From Vicugna vicugna (Eukaryota), in assembly GCA_013265495.1 (NCBI GenBank), contig MU057887.1, positions 3,507,576 to 3,528,269 of the forward strand: a DNA stretch of 20,694 nucleotides, written 5' to 3'. Position 1 is the first letter of the stretch. The number at the start of each line of letters is the position of its first letter. A program made the position numbers and the translations under genes. Below are positions 1 through 10,900 of the stretch, piece after piece. Under the pieces are notes generated by a model. That model was not told the DNA's origin, did not search any database, and was given only the letters and a program-made list of their open reading frames with translations.

Positions 1-430
1 TTCTCAGGGTTTTATGTACAAAATCATGTCATCAGCAAATGGCAATAGTTTTACCTCTTCTTGTCCCCATATAGATGCCCTTTATGTGTTTTTTCCCCTC
101 GTGCCCTGGCTGGAACCTCCAGTGTGATGCTGAAAAACGGCTCGAGTGGACGTTCGCGTCTCGTTCCTGGTCTTAGGGAAAAGCATCCAGTCTCTCCCCA
201 GTGGGTCTCACGTAAGCTGCGCCTTTTTCATAGACGCCCTTGACCAGGTTGGAGGACTTCCCTCTTACTCCTAGTCTGGTGTTTCCATCATGAAGGGGTT
301 TGAATTCTGTCGAGTATTTTTCTGCATCTATTGAGATGATCATGGGTTTTTGCCCTTTATTTTACTGACTTCAGATCTTAAACCAACCTCGCCACCCCCC
401 AGGGCTGTTGCGTTATTTGCTTTGCGACAT
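1..430 (-). mobile_element. Old LINE-1 (L1M-type) ORF2 fragment, reverse-transcriptase region, decayed
   Basis: Minus strand at about 22-39 reads TTTGCTGATGACATGATT = FADDMI, the RT catalytic motif. tctgcatctattgagatgatcatg (321-344) is the reverse complement of sequence encoding HDHLNRCR in one frame and MIISIDA in the L1 frame. A decayed QGCPLS-like segment lies near 145-165. The right boundary is approximate. Confidence 0.88.
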
Positions 431-3400
431 GGGTCTCTGTGGTGATGCCCATTTCCCTCAGTGTGCAGCCTCTGGCGTCACTCCGGGGACTTGGCAAGGG
501 GCCTGGGCAGTCACCCTGGATGACAGGGGTCCCGGCAGGGCTCCCACTGCTGGCCTCTCTCCCCGCCTCCCTGTCCAGCTGCCTGCCGCGTTTGGCGTCA
601 CACCAGCCTGTGAGCGCCATGAGTCCCCTGCGATCGCCCTGCTGTCCCCACAGGCTGGCGCCAGACCGCTCAGCGGGCCGATCCATCCAAGCCCAGGCTC
701 GGGCGCTCTCTGAGGCCATCTGCGAGGCTAGTCCTGACCCAGGAGGGCTCTTCCCTGGCCTTTCTGGGAGCCCAGCTGCGCAGAGGGCAGCGCGCTGCTG
801 ACAGCCGAGAAGAGTTGCTGTTTCCAAGAGGCCTGAACTTCCGCACGCTCGGTTTCAAACAAAGTTGGCTCCTTCGGGGAGCCGCGGGTGCTTTTCTGTG
901 GACCACCTCTCCCTCTGGCGGAGCCTCGGAGCCACTGCTCTGGGCCAGGCACGCCCTGTGGTCCTCAGTCTTGCCTCTCCTGGTGTGGACTCTCCTCCAC
1001 GGAAGAGCAGGGGCGGGGTGGTCAGCCCACCACGCCTGGGTAGAGCCTCCACCTGACGGGGGGCCGGGCGTCGCGGGGGCTTCCGACCTCGGCCACGTTC
1101 CCCGGGAACGCGACGCAGGCCCTCCTGGAGCTGGAAGGGGCGAGGCGCGCTGTGGGCTGCCCTGGCGTGCTACGGCGGCCGCCGGGGCTGAGGGGAGGGC
1201 GAGTGCCATCACGGCTGGCTTTGTCTGCCTGGAATCAAGCCTCCATCCAGCTGGGCTGGTGGGCAGGAGGAAAGGAGAGGGTCCTGGCACAGACGCCACG
1301 GGTCTCGGCCTTCTTACCAAGCTTTAGTAGATTTTATTGAACAAATATGTCTTCACTTGCTGTCCACCCAGAGGACAATTTCCAGAGACTTTAAATGGGT
1401 TTTTAAAAAGTGTTTGCACGTCTGCTGGTTTTGCTGACGAGCAGGCTGCGGATCCCCTGCAACCACCGCCTTGGAACTGGTACTGTCACACTAAAATTCG
1501 TGTCTCTGGCCCAGACCACCCGCCAGCACGTGCAGCTGTGCCCTGGCTACGCCCTCTTTGGTCCCTTAGGTTAGGTTACCCCCCAAGATAACTGCCCGGG
1601 CGCCTGTCTGCAAAGCCCCCCATCCGCCAGTGACGGCGCCGGGGATGCGGATGGCCCTGCGCTCGGGCCGCCCTCGCAGCCCCCCCGCCCCTCCAGGCCC
1701 CAGCAGCAGCTTCTCCCACCTGCCCCCCTCCCTTCATGGCAGAGCCTCGCCCTCTCTCTCCTGGGCAGCGAGTCGTCGCCATCCAATAAGTTAATCCACA
1801 TTTATTGACTGAGGCCAAACTCTGAGCTCAGCGCCTCCGGGAGGCCACGCCGGCCTTGACCTCCAGGGGTGGATGGACCACAGCTGCCCTCACTTCCAGG
1901 CACTTGCCTGGGCCTGCTGGATCTGAGATCTGGTGCCAAGCCACGTCCTCTGAGCTAGAACGCTCTAGAACGAATTTCACATTGGAGGGTTGGAAGGAGA
2001 GTTCCCACTCCAGCAAGACGGTGGTCCAGATCTGCTGAAGGCGCCACGCCCAGCTCCAGTTTCAAATTCCTAGAAACGATGGGGAAAGTGCCAGCTGCCT
2101 CTGACGCTCCGAGCCGTGAGGAGAGGCCCCCGGGACGCAGTCAGCCGGGAGGGGGCTGGGAGGGCACGGGTTGCACACACAGGTGTCCTGGGGACGCATT
2201 TAGTCTCACTGTGGTAAGGAGTCGTCATGTGGGGGTCGGGCTCGGGGAGGAACCCCAGGCCTTGTGTGTCTTCGAGGAGGGAACCTGCGACCACAGAGCC
2301 GCCTGTCACTTCACATCACCCCAGCAGCCCCCTTGCCAGGGGAGGCACCGCCGGCACAGCCAGGAGTCCCCCCGTCACCTGAAGCTGGGCCCTGAGCGGG
2401 GCCCAGGCCAGTGTGAGGAGCCCCCAGGGGGCTCTACCTGCCTCTTCCAGCCCCTGGAGACCCAGGGCTGCCCCCCCCGTCCCCAGCCCCCACTGTGGCC
2501 TGCTCCTAGCTGGTCCCAGCTCCTCAGAGGGACCTCAGAGGGAGGAGGACAAAGAGCGGGCCAGCCACACCCTCCGGCCTCCTGCTCTGACGCCTCCCAA
2601 CTCTTCCAAACAAAGAAAACACTTCTGACTATGAGGTGGTGCGGTGAGCTTTGTCCTCATCTGGGAAACACGTCACGGCGGCCGTGTCCACCGCTAGGGA
2701 GTGGCCGGGCCGCAGACGAGCTTTCAAAGGCGCCGAACTAATGAGACCCAGCCTCTCGCGTCCTGGCCCCGCCTAGGGATGAGCCGATCCTCAGCCTGGC
2801 GGCTTTGCTGCGGGGCTGAAAGGGGGCTCTGAGTTCCCATTTTCACTTGCCCCCTGCACTGCCCGCCCTCAGGGGCGGCGTCCCAGACACCCAGCCCCTC
2901 ACCGCCCCCCCACGCTCGGAGCCCCATGCCGAGGGCCACAGTGGGAAGGAAAGGGAAACGTGAATGTCACCTAGAGGTGACCCCTCCCCTGACGTGGGCC
3001 CTGAGGATGCCCTGCAGGGGCCGGGGCTCCTGGGGTCAAGATGAGTGGTGAGGAGGAGCCCAGCCGGTCAGCTGGGCCTCCGCCCGCGTCCAGGACGGGC
3101 CCTGTGCCCACAGCCCCCGCGTCTGCTCCTTCTCAGCCCGACTGAGTGGGCTCCAGAGGGGGGGCCCCCACCTCTAGACTCCAAACCCCCAGATGGGGCT
3201 CCCTGCAGGAGGGGCTTCCAGACACCATGCGGGGTGGGCTGGGCTTGGCTGGGCCCACCCATCACCGTGGGGGCTGCGCCCTGCCTGCTGGGCCGGCAGG
3301 GGAGTCTCCGGGTCCACAGCGCCCTCCGCACCCTGGGCGATCAGAAGCCAAACGCGGAACACTCCCAGCCTGGGAGTGAAGCCCCCGCGGGGCTCCGCGC

Positions 3401-3647
3401 CCATGCCCCACCTGCACCCCCGCCCAGGGTCCCAGACGCCCCAGGTCTCGCTGTCCTGGTCGCAAACACGCCCGTGAATTGATACCGGGTACCATTTCAG
3501 ATCCCAAGGGCATGCCCCAACTCTGCCCCAAATCATTAAACTTTTCCTTGTTGTATATTTTATGCTTTTCTCCCAAACTTCGGGGTCACACACATCAGTC
3601 TAGTCAGGTTAGTCCTGTTGCCGGCACCAGGCCGGCAAAGAGCGCGC

Positions 3648-3661
3648 CTGCCACCTGGTGG
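3648..3661 (-). promoter_or_regulatory. CTCF core consensus site
   Basis: Minus strand CCACCAGGTGGCAG matches CCASYAGRKGGCRS at 14/14 positions. Binding is not demonstrated. Confidence 0.5.
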
Positions 3662-5665
3662 CTCTTTAGGGAATGACACCAGCAGTGGGACTGGGCGGGG
3701 GTCGCCCAGGAGAGGGGGCCCCCGGGAACCCCGCAGACAGGGCCCCTCCGCCAGGGCAGTGGCTGAGAGAATCAACACCAGCTCCTTAGACGCCGTGGGA
3801 AATGCCTGCTGCCTGCCACGCCCTCCAAGGGGCCTGGGGGCCAAGTCTGGGGCTGGCCCGCCCTCGGCCTCCCCTGCCCAGCTAAGCCTGGTAAGGTCGG
3901 GGCAGATTCGGGAGACGGGACCCCCAGGCTCAGGCACTGGGCATGCAGGGAGGGCCTGGGCTGCCTGGGAGGCAAAGGGGCTGGAACGGAGAGGCCTTGA
4001 GTCCATGTGGGCAGGGCCACTGCCAGCCCACTTCCACCTCCTACTGGACCCGAGTCCCCCAGAGAGGCCCCTCGCAAGGACAAGGGCAGTGCCACACTGG
4101 ACAGCCTGTGGGTCCCTTCCCTCCCCAGGCCCAGGGGGCCGGAGCGGACCCCGGGGGGGCCGTGCTGCCTCGTCAGGTGGCCGCCAGGTCAGACCACGCC
4201 ACAGGGACCCAGGATGGGGAAGAGCCGGCCCCCACTTCCTGCTCAGGAAACCCCGCGCTCCCTGCAGATTTCACCCCAACTGCCTCCTCTTGTTTATTTT
4301 TAGATCAGCTACTTCACAGAAATTCAAATTCTAAATATCTTTTAAACTATATTCTTGCTTTTAAGCAAAACTTATTTTTATTAATAAAAATCACTGCGCA
4401 CACTCAACATCGTCAGAGAATCCTCTTCAAATAGACCCTGAGCAACTTTCCAACTTTTTCCCGGAAACCCACATCTGATGGCGGACGACCCAACAGCCTT
4501 TGTGACAAAATAACATTCTCAGATCTCAGGGGCCCTAAACAGTGTTCACAGAAGCCCTGACCTGCTCACACGCCACGCCCAGCACCCAGCACACAGCAGG
4601 CGATGGACGCGCGTCTGCAGATGCAGATGGCCGTGGGGCAGAAGCCACCTCGGCCATCCCCATGGAGCCCGGGCCTGCCCTGGGAGCGGCGGGGACGGGG
4701 CGGCTTCCAGAGGCAGCACTGACCACAAGAGGCCTGGAGGGCAGGGACCCTGGACCCCCCCAAGGGACCAGGAGGACAGAGCGGGGGAGGGCCCTGCCGG
4801 CCCCAGCTGGACCACACACGTCCCTCAAGGCCCAAGCCCCCTCTCCAGCTTAGAGGACACTGCCCGCCACGGTCCCAGGCTCAGGACCTGGGGGCCCCAC
4901 GATGCCAGAGCGCCCTGGGTGGGATCCCCCACCACAAGCCCTGAATGCCCTGGTGTCCCTGGGAGACGGTCATTTGTGTTATTTGTACACTTGTTGGGAA
5001 ACAGAAATAATGGTTTGTCTACAAAGTTGGAAGGGGACCACGAATAGGAGTTTAATTTATAACTGAGTCAGACACATTTTTCTAAATCTCTTCAAATTGT
5101 TTTCTCAGGGACAAGCAAGCTACAGGGCAAGTGCGCCTCCTGGGGCCACCTGCCAGGACACCTGCCGGGGCCACGTGTGGTGATGCATCAGAGCTGACAG
5201 CTGTGAACCAGAGGAGGAGCTAATGTCACCGCGTCCCTGGAGAGTAAGGTCCACAGCAGAGACGTGTCTCCGGAAAGACCGCGAGCCAGGGCCTCTTCAG
5301 AGCGCTCCAAACGTGAAGTCGCACCTTTGGGCGTTTAGCCTGACAGGTAGTGATGCTGACGATCAGGTGGTGATCAGGGCTCCGGACGGAAACCGGCCAG
5401 AGAGCCGGTGGCCACGGGAGCCAGGCCATGAGCGCCCCCCAGGCCATCAGGCCCTGTGAGTGAGCTGGCGGGAGCTCCTGGAGAAGCAGACAGGACTCAG
5501 GCACACAAACACCCCCAGCTCACTCACCGCCGTCTCCTGGCTTCTGTGGCTGCTGCGGGTAAGTTGGCTGTAGTTTCTGTCTATTTTCCCCTTCTGCACT
5601 TGGGGTCTTCTCTGAGCACTCGGTTTAAACAACACACCTTCATGTGCTTAGAACTTCCTCGATAC

Positions 5666-5840
5666 GTGGATGGATGGAAGGATGGATGGATGGATCGGTC
5701 AGCAGGTGGGTGGATGGATGGATTTTGGATGGATGATGGATGGACAGATGGAGGGACCACTGGGTTTGGGGTGGATGGATGGATGGATGGGGAGTGGGTG
5801 GGTGGATGACGGACTGACAGACGGAGAGCTAGATGGATGA
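5666..5840 (+). repeat. Degenerate (GGAT)n / (TGGA)n simple repeat
   Basis: Many tggatggatgga units interrupted by GGGT, GGAC and GGAA variants over about 175 bp. Confidence 0.93.
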
Positions 5841-6424
5841 CCCTCCAGATCACCAGGAACTGCCCAGACCTCATTACGCCCCTGCTGAGCTCTAAGCCTC
5901 CTCTCACCTGGAGGTGTGACATAAATGCTCCCAGGTAACTCCTTACTCACCCTGAGGACTCGTCCTACGGGTCGATCACCAACTCGCACCCACCCATCTC
6001 ACAGTGGAGACGGCAGCCACTGGGGACCAGCTGACGGGCACTGGCCTGGATTCTGCACACACCTCAGAATGTCCCTCTCAGCCACCCACGCCACGCCAGT
6101 CAGCAGCCTTCTGAACCCCGCCCCTCCCCCAGATTCAGCTCCTCCCTCCAAAAACCCCTTGAGGGATGGTCTGTCGTGTTGTTTCACCTTTCCTGCAGCG
6201 CACGTGTCCTGCCTGCAGCCGCCCTGCCCAACTCAGGGACACGAGCCTGCCCTCAAGGAGCTCACAGAAAGAGGAGCAGCAGACACAAGGATGGGCGAGT
6301 CACGATGGCAGCAGGAGCTGTGCACCCCGGAGAAGGGGGGGAGGAGTCCAGAGGGCTGCCTGGAGGAGGTGGCCCTGCACTGAGCCACCAGAAATGAGTG
6401 GGAAAGCTGCTGGTCCTAACCCCT

Positions 6425-7915
6425 GAGCCCCCGTGGGCGCTCTGCCGACGTTCCAGTTGAAGAAATTCCCCGCGTTCCTGTTTTTCTGAGACGTGTTGGA
6501 TTTTGTCAAATGGCTTTTTTGCATCTGTTGATACAATTGCATGACTTTTTTCTTCTTTAGCCTGTTGACGTGGTGGATTCCTTCACTGATATTTTTGGAC
6601 ATTGAACCAACCTGGCTTACGTGAAACAAACCCCACTTGTTCGCTGTCTTGGTGTATTCTTTTTATTCATGGTCAGATTCGTTCTGCTAATATTTTGCTG
6701 AGAACGTCTGCATCTCATGCTTATAAAAAACATTGCTCGATAGTTTTCTTTTCTTGTAATTAATGTCTTTGTCTTGGTATTAGGGTAATGTAGCTTCTAG
6801 AATGTGTTACAAGATGGTCTCTCTGCTTCTATTTTCCGGAACAGACTGTGGAGAATTGGTATAATTTCTCCTTAAAAGTCTGGCAGAATGCACCAGGGAG
6901 GCCATCTGGGTGCTCTCTGTTTGGAAAGGTTCATCGCCAATTCAATTTCTTTGATAGAGGCCTGTGAGGATTGTCTGTTTCTCGTTGTGGGACTTCTTGC
7001 AAACTGCGTCTTTCAAGGAATCGGTCCGTTTCATCTTGGTTATCAAATCTGTGGGGCATAGTGCACCCTCGCTGTCCGCTCAGCGTCCACGGGATCTGGA
7101 GTGGTGACTCATCTTTCCGACATGATCAGTTTGTTATTCTGTTCTTCTTCTCAGCTTGGCTAGAGTTTTATCAGTTTTATTAATCTTTTCAAAGAACAAA
7201 CTTTTAGTTTCAATGATCTTGTCTATTGTTTTTCTGTTTCAAATTTCATTAACTTTGACCGTTTTTTATTGTTTATTTCTCCTCCTTAGTTTGGATTTAA
7301 TTTGCTCTGCTTTCTAGCTTCCTAAGGTGAGAGCTTAATTGCCGGTCTCAGATCTTTCCTCCGTCTCATGTGCGCGTTCCTCTGTAAATTTCCTCACAAG
7401 CGCCATGTGGGCCGCGTCCTGCCGGCTTTGGTAACCGGTGTGTTCATTTTCACTTACTTCACAGTATTCTTCAATCTCGAGACTTTTCTTTGACGTTTAT
7501 GTGTTTTGTTCTCCAAGTATTTTGGGATCTCCCAGCTACCTTTTCTCTGGCTGATTTCTGGTTTAATGCCTCTGTGGTCTGAGAGCATGCCTTTTATGAT
7601 TTCTGCTTTTTTACATCTGTTAGGGTGTGTTTTATGGCCCAGAAGGGGACCTGCTGTGGTGAAAGTTCCACACGAGCCTGAGGGAAATCTGTTTTCTGCT
7701 TCGCTGGATGAAGCAGGCTCCCGACGTCAGTTAGGTCCAGTTGACGGATGGGGTTGCCGAGTTCAGCTGCGTCTTTATAATTTCCTGCCTGCTGGGCCTG
7801 CCCACCACTAACAGGACTGTTGCTGTGTCCATCAGAGAGGAGTTGTCCATTTCTCCTTGCAGTTCTTTTATTTTTTGCCCCACTGTTTAGATGCTCTGTC
7901 TCTGGTGCAGACACA
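6425..7915 (-). mobile_element. Old LINE-1 (L1M-type) ORF2 fragment, from the endonuclease region to the start of RT, frameshifted
   Basis: About 1.5 kb T-rich block. Minus-strand translation IHHVNRLKKKK matches L1 ORF2 IHHINR-K-KNHM. It also has typical L1 reverse-strand strings such as ggattttgtcaaatggcttttttgcatctgttgata, tttatcagttttattaatcttttcaaagaac and tctgtggtctgagag. Boundaries are approximate. Confidence 0.88.
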
Positions 7916-10900
7916 TCTACCTTTGCCAGAAGGTCTGGGTGGGCAGGGAGGAGGGGCTTGACGGAGGAGAGGGAGGCAAGGCCCAGGCCAGTTTGGCAAA
8001 CCCAGCAAGGGGCACCTAGCTGCCCCTGCCCCGGGGTGCACGTGCAGCCTGTGCTGTGGGGCTCAGACCCCTGGGTGGTAACATTCACCTGAGGGGGCCC
8101 AGAAGACAGATGCTGGCATGGTCCCGTGGCCCCACATCCTGGTGCCCACACTTTGGGTGGCCCCCTCCCTGTGGACAGGACCCATGACTTGCTTTTGGCC
8201 AAGAGAACAGGATGCAGGTGAGGGCGCCCACGACCGTGTGCACGGGGTTTCCTCATGCAGGACTGCGGCCACGTCAGGGCCAGCCTCTGGCAGACAGCCA
8301 GCAGGAAAGGGCGCTGCAGTCCTACACCCAGAAGAAACAGGACGGTGCCAACCACCCAGCTGAGTGCAGAGACCAAGCGACAGCACGCGCACGCGGTAAG
8401 AAACGCTGCAGTGGGCAGTTGCGTTCTGCGGCAGGGACACTGACGCGACCGCTGGTGCAGCTGGTCTCCGGCCGGGGCTTGAACGCCCAGGAGCCCGGGG
8501 GACAACGCTACCAGCGGCCCCACCCCTCAGCACCAGGGCCACTGCATCCTGGGCTGAGCTGGACGCCGAGATCTCGTGGGAAGGAAGTGGGGCAGGAATT
8601 GTGTCAGGACCACAGCTGTGAGCGGGCGACCCACGCGGGTGGGCAGCGGGGCCCACGGGGGTCCCGCAGGGCTGTGGTGCGAGGCCCCCTCCCGTCCCCA
8701 CCGGCCCCCCGGCTCCAGCTCCCAGCTGCTGGCTCAGAGTCCAGTTTCCTGGGGACAGTCACTATAATCAGAAGCAAATTCCATCGACGTGACGTGATTA
8801 AGAGACAATGCCAGTGAACCCAAGGGCGGCCGCGGCGGGCGAGGACGGCGCCAGCAGCCGGCGCTAGTGCAGCACGGTGCGCGCGCGTTGTCTGGAGGGA
8901 ACCGCCATGGATTTCAAATGCCTTCCAACTTTGATTTCCTTCCGCACTCTCCAAGTAACCCCAGCCCCACTGCTAATTCGTTCCAGTTAAATCTGCCTTC
9001 TCTCATCAAAAGAAAAGATCATGCATTTTATTTTCAATTAACTTGCAGGAATCTATCAGGAGCAATCCAGCTGAACCTCATCATTCACAATCCAGTTTCT
9101 CAAACTGCCAGGAGCCAGGAGGGGCGAACACACCCCGCTCTCCCAGCAGAGCCCCCCTGCCCGGCCAGCCCTGTCCTTCCCCAAGGCTCTCGGTGGACCT
9201 CGCTGGCAGGACACGGGCCCTGGCCACCCACACGGAAGGGCCAGCTCCCAGAACACAGGTGGTGCTGGCCTCGGAGCCCCCAGCAGGACTGGAAGCGGTC
9301 TGAGGGGCCAGTGGTCCCATGGCTCCCAGCCCTACGTCCCAGGGGCATCCGATGGGCCCACCTGTGGGCTGTTGATACACGTGGCCAGTTCTGGCGTGTC
9401 TCTGGACAAGACCTTGCCTGCACCCAAGATCCCCGTCTGACCTCACACCTGCATCCAGCACAGCCGCGTAAGAGTGACTGTCTCCCAGAGGCCTCCCTCG
9501 CACAAAACGCTTCTCCAGGCTTGCTGGGCCCAGTCCTCGCCGGTAGAGGTGGGTAAGTGAGGGCAGCTCATTCTGTCCTGAGGACACAAACACCCCCGTC
9601 CCTCGGCCGCTGCCCCGTCCCAGCCCAGCTCCTCAGGTGGCTCCCCCTGCCCGCCCACACCTGTGGTCTCCAGGTCACCTCTGACCCATCAGTCACCCGC
9701 CCTCCACTTCTGGAAGCTTCTCCACTCAGCGTCCAGGAAGCCTCACTCTCTGGCTCTTCCTCAGGCCCAGACCCCAGACCCCTCTGCTCTGAACACATCC
9801 CCTTGCTGGGGGCCTTCCCTCCTTCCAGCGAATCCATGCCCGCCGCACCCCATCTCCCGCTTTCTCCAGCTCTCAGTTTCACTCCCCTCTGGACGTCCTG
9901 AGAACCTAGACTCTCATGTCCAAGACCAGCCACAAGGCCACCCCCAACCTCCCCAGGACCGCCACCCTGGCTGACACCACTCTCCGGTTTCCTGGGGCTC
10001 CCGCCACTGCCCACACCCCACCCATCAGCACACCTGAGGCCCACCTGAGCACCCAGCCCATCCAGCTCCCCCTCAGGGTGCAGCCGCCCAGAGCCCCGGG
10101 CCGCGCAGGTGGCTGTGGGGAGGCCCGGGACCCGGGAGGAGGACCACTGCAGGGAGGCTCCTCAGGCCCTTCAGGGATCCGCTGCGGGGAGGGGCGCACA
10201 CCCAGGCCTGGGGCAGCCCTGGGGACTCCCGTGCCAGGTGGGAGGCAGAGGGCAGGGAGCCAGCTGCCGCCCCCCGAGCCCAGCCCTGCACCAGCCCCCG
10301 GAGCCCAGCTCCAGCAGCTGCATCCGCGGCTCTGAGCCTTCTTCCCCGGCTCTGGGCTGTTTAATATTCACAGAGGCCGAGATCCACTCGGGGCGCCGGC
10401 AAAGTCGAAGCGTCTGCTACTTATAAATTAAAACAAACGTGCTGCTTCTCTAAGGGCATCGGCTGTAATAGGCCGAAACCAGCACATCACATACCGTGAT
10501 TTAGGGGCAGAAAGCCTGTGCTCACCATTAGCAAGCACCAGGAAGATGCCGCTGCCCCCGGGCGGCAGGCCGGGCCCCGCTGGCCAGGCTGCTCCCCGCG
10601 CCGGGGCTGGCTGGCGCGGGTCCGTCCGGGGGGTGCTCAGCTGCGCAGCCCCCAACTCCGGCCGCCAGCCGCAGCCCAGCCCCCGGGGCAGGGCAGAAGC
10701 ACAGACCCCAGGCGCACACCCACGCGTCCACAGCAGCCTCTGCAGGGACACTGCCGCCGCGCTCAGCGCACTCAGCGGGCTGGAAGCACAGACACGGGAG
10801 TGTGTGCACGTGTCTGGCTGGTGTCTGTTCGTCAAGCAGCCCCTTAGAGCCCAGCCCTCCGCTCAGGGGAAGGGGGGAGACACCTCCGGCCACTTCTCCT

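Noticed and set aside
378..4853. Many overlapping 60-240 aa ORFs on both strands
   Set aside because: They overlap in several frames, have GC-driven composition, and show no recognisable homology or phase-consistent exon chain.
5666..5840. GGAT array as a CRISPR-like or coding repeat (ORFs rich in MDGW or PSIH)
   Set aside because: It is an ordinary degenerate tetranucleotide microsatellite with no repeat-spacer structure, and the DNA is mammalian.
1..7915. L1 fragments at 1-430 and 6425-7915 as halves of one element or an active RT gene
   Set aside because: Both include the same IISIDAEKAFDKI-equivalent region of ORF2, so they are separate insertions. Both are frameshifted and decayed.
7594..8523. 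309-aa minus-strand ORF
   Set aside because: Non-ATG start. It runs from GC-rich unique DNA into a decayed L1 and has no coherent domain.
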